Part shown: positions 29,419 through 32,000 of the stretch, piece after piece
How the letters are laid out: every line of letters begins with the position of its first letter
How positions within the stretch are numbered: position 1 is the stretch's first letter
Source: Nitrosospira multiformis ATCC 25196
GTDB taxonomy: Bacteria; Pseudomonadota; Gammaproteobacteria; Burkholderiales; Nitrosomonadaceae
Reading direction: 5' to 3'
Length of the DNA stretch: 32,000 bases
NCBI RefSeq assembly: GCF_000196355.1
Contig: NC_007614.1
Location: forward strand, 720,001-752,000
Notes under the pieces: model-generated
What the model saw: only the letters and a program-made list of their open reading frames with translations
Told to the model about the DNA's origin: nothing
Database searches by the model: none
Position numbers and translations under genes: made by a program

Positions 29419-29941
29419 ACCTGTCCTCAAAATGGGAGATCCCCGCCTACTGGAAGTGGCTCGGAAGGTGGAGAATTTCAGCACGCCCGAATTCGGAGCA
29501 TTGCTTCGAGACATGCATGATACGATGGAGGCATTGGAGGGCGCCGGCTTGGCTGCGCCGCAGATCGGGATCGATCTGCAGGTTGTCATTTTCGGGGTGA
29601 AGCGTAATTTGCGCTATCCGGATGCGGAGGAGGTACCCTACACGGTATTGGTAAATCCGGTACTGACCCCTCTCACGGAATATATGGAGCAGGATTGGGA
29701 AGGTTGCCTGAGCGTTCCCGGCATGCGCGGGATGGTTCCCCGATATGCCAGAATACGTTACGAGGGTTCGGATCAATATGGTAATCGCATAGACCGGACG
29801 GTGGAGGGGTTTCACGCCCGGGTGGTGCAACACGAATGCGATCACTTGCAGGGAATTCTCTATCCGATGCGTATTACCGATTTTCGCACGTTCGGTTTTA
29901 CCGATGTGCTGTTCCCGGACAGACCACCCTTGGCCGAGTAG
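29408..29941 (+). CDS. def: Peptide deformylase
   Basis: All three metal-site motifs are present: [16 protein letters not shown] and HECDHLQG. The N-terminus [15 protein letters not shown] is typical. The start overlaps the preceding gene by 11 nt. Confidence 0.93.
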   Translation: MPIKPVLKMGDPRLLEVARKVENFSTPEFGALLRDMHDTMEALEGAGLAAPQIGIDLQVVIFGVKRNLRYPDAEEVPYTVLVNPVLTPLTEYMEQDWEGCLSVPGMRGMVPRYARIRYEGSDQYGNRIDRTVEGFHARVVQHECDHLQGILYPMRITDFRTFGFTDVLFPDRPPLAE

Positions 29942-29995
29942 CAGTTTTCCAAACGACGGAAAGGGAAACGAACAGAACTTCCTACGGTTCTTATT

Positions 29996-30583
29996 TTATC
30001 CGGTGCGGGATGAGATCGTCAGTTGCTGTGCCAGTGATTGAGCCAGATGCCGGGGGCTTCGCTTCCCGCTCTCAACTACGATATGGGCCGTCTCCCGATA
30101 TAAGGGGTCACGCTGCACAAACAGTTCAGCCAGTCGTGCGCGCGGGTCGGAAGTTTGCAGCAGCGGACGGTTCTTGTCATGCCGGGTGCGGCGCCACAGG
30201 TCGTCGATGGACGCTCGCAGATATATCACCGTGCCGCCGTGCTTCAGCATTGCCCGGTTTACTCCACTCAATACGGCTCCGCCTCCCGTTGCCAGAATGA
30301 TATTCCTTGCATTCATGAGTTCGGACAGTATCTCGGTTTCGCGCCTGCGAAAGCCTTCTTCTCCTTCGATCTCGAAGATCGTGGGAATACTGACACCCGT
30401 TCGTTTCTGTATTTCCCGATCCGAATCGTAAAAGGTTTTTTCCAGAAAATGGGAGAGGAGCCTGCCCACCGTCGTTTTTCCGGCCCCCATCATCCCGACC
30501 AGAAAGATGTTTCCGGTGGCTGCGCGATCGCCAGCCTCCCCTTTCACATCAACTGCGGGAGCAACTGCATCTGTTGAAATCAT
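29996..30583 (-). CDS. aroK: Shikimate kinase
   Basis: Walker A motif NIFLVGMMGAGKTTVGRLL, a DSD motif (FYDSDREI), GGGAV and the lid region are present. The ~22-aa N-terminal extension before NIFLVG leaves the start codon uncertain. Confidence 0.9.
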   Translation of the reverse strand: MISTDAVAPAVDVKGEAGDRAATGNIFLVGMMGAGKTTVGRLLSHFLEKTFYDSDREIQKRTGVSIPTIFEIEGEEGFRRRETEILSELMNARNIILATGGGAVLSGVNRAMLKHGGTVIYLRASIDDLWRRTRHDKNRPLLQTSDPRARLAELFVQRDPLYRETAHIVVESGKRSPRHLAQSLAQQLTISSRTG

Positions 30584-30683
30584 TGGGAGAATTGTAGCGG
30601 AAATATAAGTATTGCACCTATTCCACTACCCGAGTTTTCAGTACTCCGGCCGATTCTTCACAGGAATATCAAAAGGCCGCTAC

Positions 30684-30974
30684 TCATTTCTCCTCTATAG
30701 GGGGCGCTTTGGTAAACTCATTCCTGTTCAGCCTGCCATCGCGGTCGATATCAAGACTGTGGAAAACCTGGGGAGACATTTTCTGCACCGCGGCTTCCTT
30801 CATGGTTATGTACCCATCCTCGTCGGCGTCGTACAGTTCCCAGGGGGGCATGATAACCTCACGCGCATCCGGTTTCCTTCCCGGCGGGGCTTCCGCGAGA
30901 ACCAGCGCCGGAAGGGCGAAAGCGACGATGATCAACGAAATGCCAAGGCTTCCTGATACGTGGCGATTTTTCAA
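30684..30974 (-). CDS. Secreted EF-hand calcium-binding protein (two EF loops)
   Basis: There are two canonical 12-residue EF loops, DADEDGYITMKE and DIDRDGRLNRNE. Signal peptide (TTG)MKNRHVSGSLGISLIIVAFALPALVLAEA. The TTG start at 30974 is preceded by GGAG with a 5-nt spacer. Confidence 0.8.
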   Translation of the reverse strand: MKNRHVSGSLGISLIIVAFALPALVLAEAPPGRKPDAREVIMPPWELYDADEDGYITMKEAAVQKMSPQVFHSLDIDRDGRLNRNEFTKAPPIEEK

Positions 30975-30987
30975 ATCAGCTCCACTG

Positions 30988-31009
30988 GTTGCGGTTGGAG
31001 TTGCGGTTG
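30988..31009. promoter_or_regulatory. Direct repeat GTTGCGGTTG x2 (period 12) immediately upstream of the EF-hand gene; candidate operator or 5'-UTR element
   Basis: Exact 10-mers lie at 30988-30997 and 31000-31009, which read CAACCGCAAC on the gene strand. They sit 14-35 nt upstream of the TTG start. The regulatory role is inferred. Confidence 0.3.
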
Positions 31010-31071
31010 CATGTAGGGAGGGGGCGGAGGAAGAAAAAACTCCCCCCGGCCGTATGGATCGGATTCCTCAC

Positions 31072-31152
31072 CTAATTCATCAGAAAGTAAACGATGATTA
31101 AAACAAACGCGGGTACACCCAGAAGCCAGGCGATAAAATATTTTCCCATCAT
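31072..31152 (-). CDS. Possible 26-aa single-helix membrane mini-protein
   Basis: Below the ORF-track size cut-off. The ATGATG at 31152-31147 is preceded by GGGAGAA with a ~4-nt spacer. The product MMGKYFIAWLLGVPAFVLIIVYFLMN is one hydrophobic helix. No homology was checked. Confidence 0.4.
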   Translation of the reverse strand: MMGKYFIAWLLGVPAFVLIIVYFLMN

Positions 31153-31244
31153 AATTCTCCCGAGAAAATTGGAAAACCTTTCTCCATGAACAATTTTTTC
31201 CTGTGCTTTTTAAGTCTGGTGCTTTTATTACTCCTGCATTCCAG

Positions 31245-31592
31245 TTACATCCGCTGCCGGGAATTCAGCGACCTTATCACCGCCGGCAGAACCTCACGCA
31301 TCACCAGCGTTCTTGCGCTGCTGCCCAAGACCCCGGACGATAAGGCAATGCCGCTTTTTATCGCTTTGCTCAACGATCTGGAGGGTACTGCCGATAACAC
31401 GGCCAACAAACCGAGCGAGATAGAGTAGGGGTGGCGCGCTATGAACCTGAATGTCCGGCTGCGCGGAAAAACATCATCGCCCGTCACCTGCGTCTCCTCA
31501 TCCTCATGTCCATACCTGGATCGATATTCCCTGCGGGTGGCATGCATCCGCTCCAACAACGCCTTTTTTTCATATTCCAGCGAGGTGCTCAT
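31245..31592 (-). CDS. Hypothetical protein, YqjK-like organisation (charged N-terminus plus hydrophobic segment)
   Basis: It is translationally coupled to the upstream gene through an ATGA overlap at 31589-31592. The architecture resembles E. coli YqjK, which follows YqjE. I prefer it over the overlapping plus-strand ORF 31186..31428. Confidence 0.5.
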   Translation of the reverse strand: MSTSLEYEKKALLERMHATRREYRSRYGHEDEETQVTGDDVFPRSRTFRFIARHPYSISLGLLAVLSAVPSRSLSKAIKSGIALSSGVLGSSARTLVMREVLPAVIRSLNSRQRM

Positions 31593-31957
31593 ACGATATC
31601 CTTCATCAGCTTGATATCCTGCTGTAGTTCATCACGCACGGTATCAAAAGCTGAAACAGAATCTGTCTGACCGGGGGTTGCGAAATAAACTACAAAGGCA
31701 GTCAAGGCATAGAAAGCGACAATCCCCCAGGCTGAGACCACGCGATAGGGGGTGTCCCAGAAAGTAACGATAACGGCAACTCCTGCGAACACAAGACTCA
31801 GGACGGAGAGAAACGTTATCACGACGTAGCCGATCAGGCGGCGCTTGAAGTTCCTTCCCTGAATCTCCACGGATATTTTTATCAGCTCAATGTATTCGCT
31901 GAGGCGTTCCAGGATGAGAACTCCAATTTCTTTCGCTTTTTTAATGGTCTCAAACAT
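31589..31957 (-). CDS. Two-TM membrane protein, YqjE/DUF1469-like (often annotated phage holin family protein)
   Basis: The N-terminal amphipathic segment is followed by two adjacent TM helices (LIGYVVITFLSVLSLVFAGVAVIV and VSAWGIVAFYALTAFVVYFA). A charged C-terminal tail (VRDELQQDIKLMK) matches the YqjE layout as I recall it. Confidence 0.55.
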   Translation of the reverse strand: MFETIKKAKEIGVLILERLSEYIELIKISVEIQGRNFKRRLIGYVVITFLSVLSLVFAGVAVIVTFWDTPYRVVSAWGIVAFYALTAFVVYFATPGQTDSVSAFDTVRDELQQDIKLMKDIV

Positions 31958-32000
31958 GGCGATTCATCTCGGGCTAAGTGGCGGACACGCAGCTTAGCGA

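Noticed and set aside
31186-31428. Plus-strand 80-aa ORF overlapping the YqjK-like gene
   Set aside because: The minus-strand ORF is translationally coupled (ATGA) to the upstream YqjE-like gene and fits a known two-gene architecture. The plus-strand ORF has no SD and no supporting context.

Overview
This window looks like chromosomal, mostly housekeeping DNA from a Gram-negative proteobacterium. The smc-zipA-ligA gene order, a TonB-dependent receptor and a PEP-CTERM protein suggest a beta- or gamma-proteobacterial type. It is densely coding. I support about 25 protein genes: a partial WecA-like GT4, a DAACS symporter, a BNR propeller, a TonB-dependent receptor, serB, an SH3b lipoprotein, a Cache-HAMP-GGDEF cyclase, mfd, recJ, a BON plus beta-barrel outer-membrane protein, a PEP-CTERM protein, queF, smc, zipA, ligA, galU, hpt, an MTA/MTI phosphorylase, def, aroK, an EF-hand protein, a mini membrane protein and a YqjE/YqjK-like pair. 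There is also one frameshifted SMR-transporter pseudogene. Several ORF-track starts were moved to internal starts that fit signal peptides or family N-termini (2315, 7169, 7715, 10246, 28110). One edge-truncated gene that the track lacks was added (1..481, minus strand). I found no rRNA, tRNA, CRISPR array, transposase or integrase, and no recognisable defence or toxin system. I cannot point to a convincing new multi-gene system here. The items most worth a second look are: (1) an in-frame 72-bp tandem duplication that doubles TM1 of the diguanylate cyclase; (2) an SMR/Gdx-like gene broken by two compensating homopolymer frameshifts, behind a structured leader with weak guanidine-riboswitch-like fragments; (3) a His/Cys-decorated BNR propeller paired with a TonB receptor that has a long disordered N-terminal extension; (4) an isolated PEP-CTERM Gly/Asn-rich protein with an off-spacing -24/-12-like element upstream; (5) two unusually long non-coding gaps (7170-7714 and 19230-19574). 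All functional calls come from reading translated motifs by eye. No database search was run.
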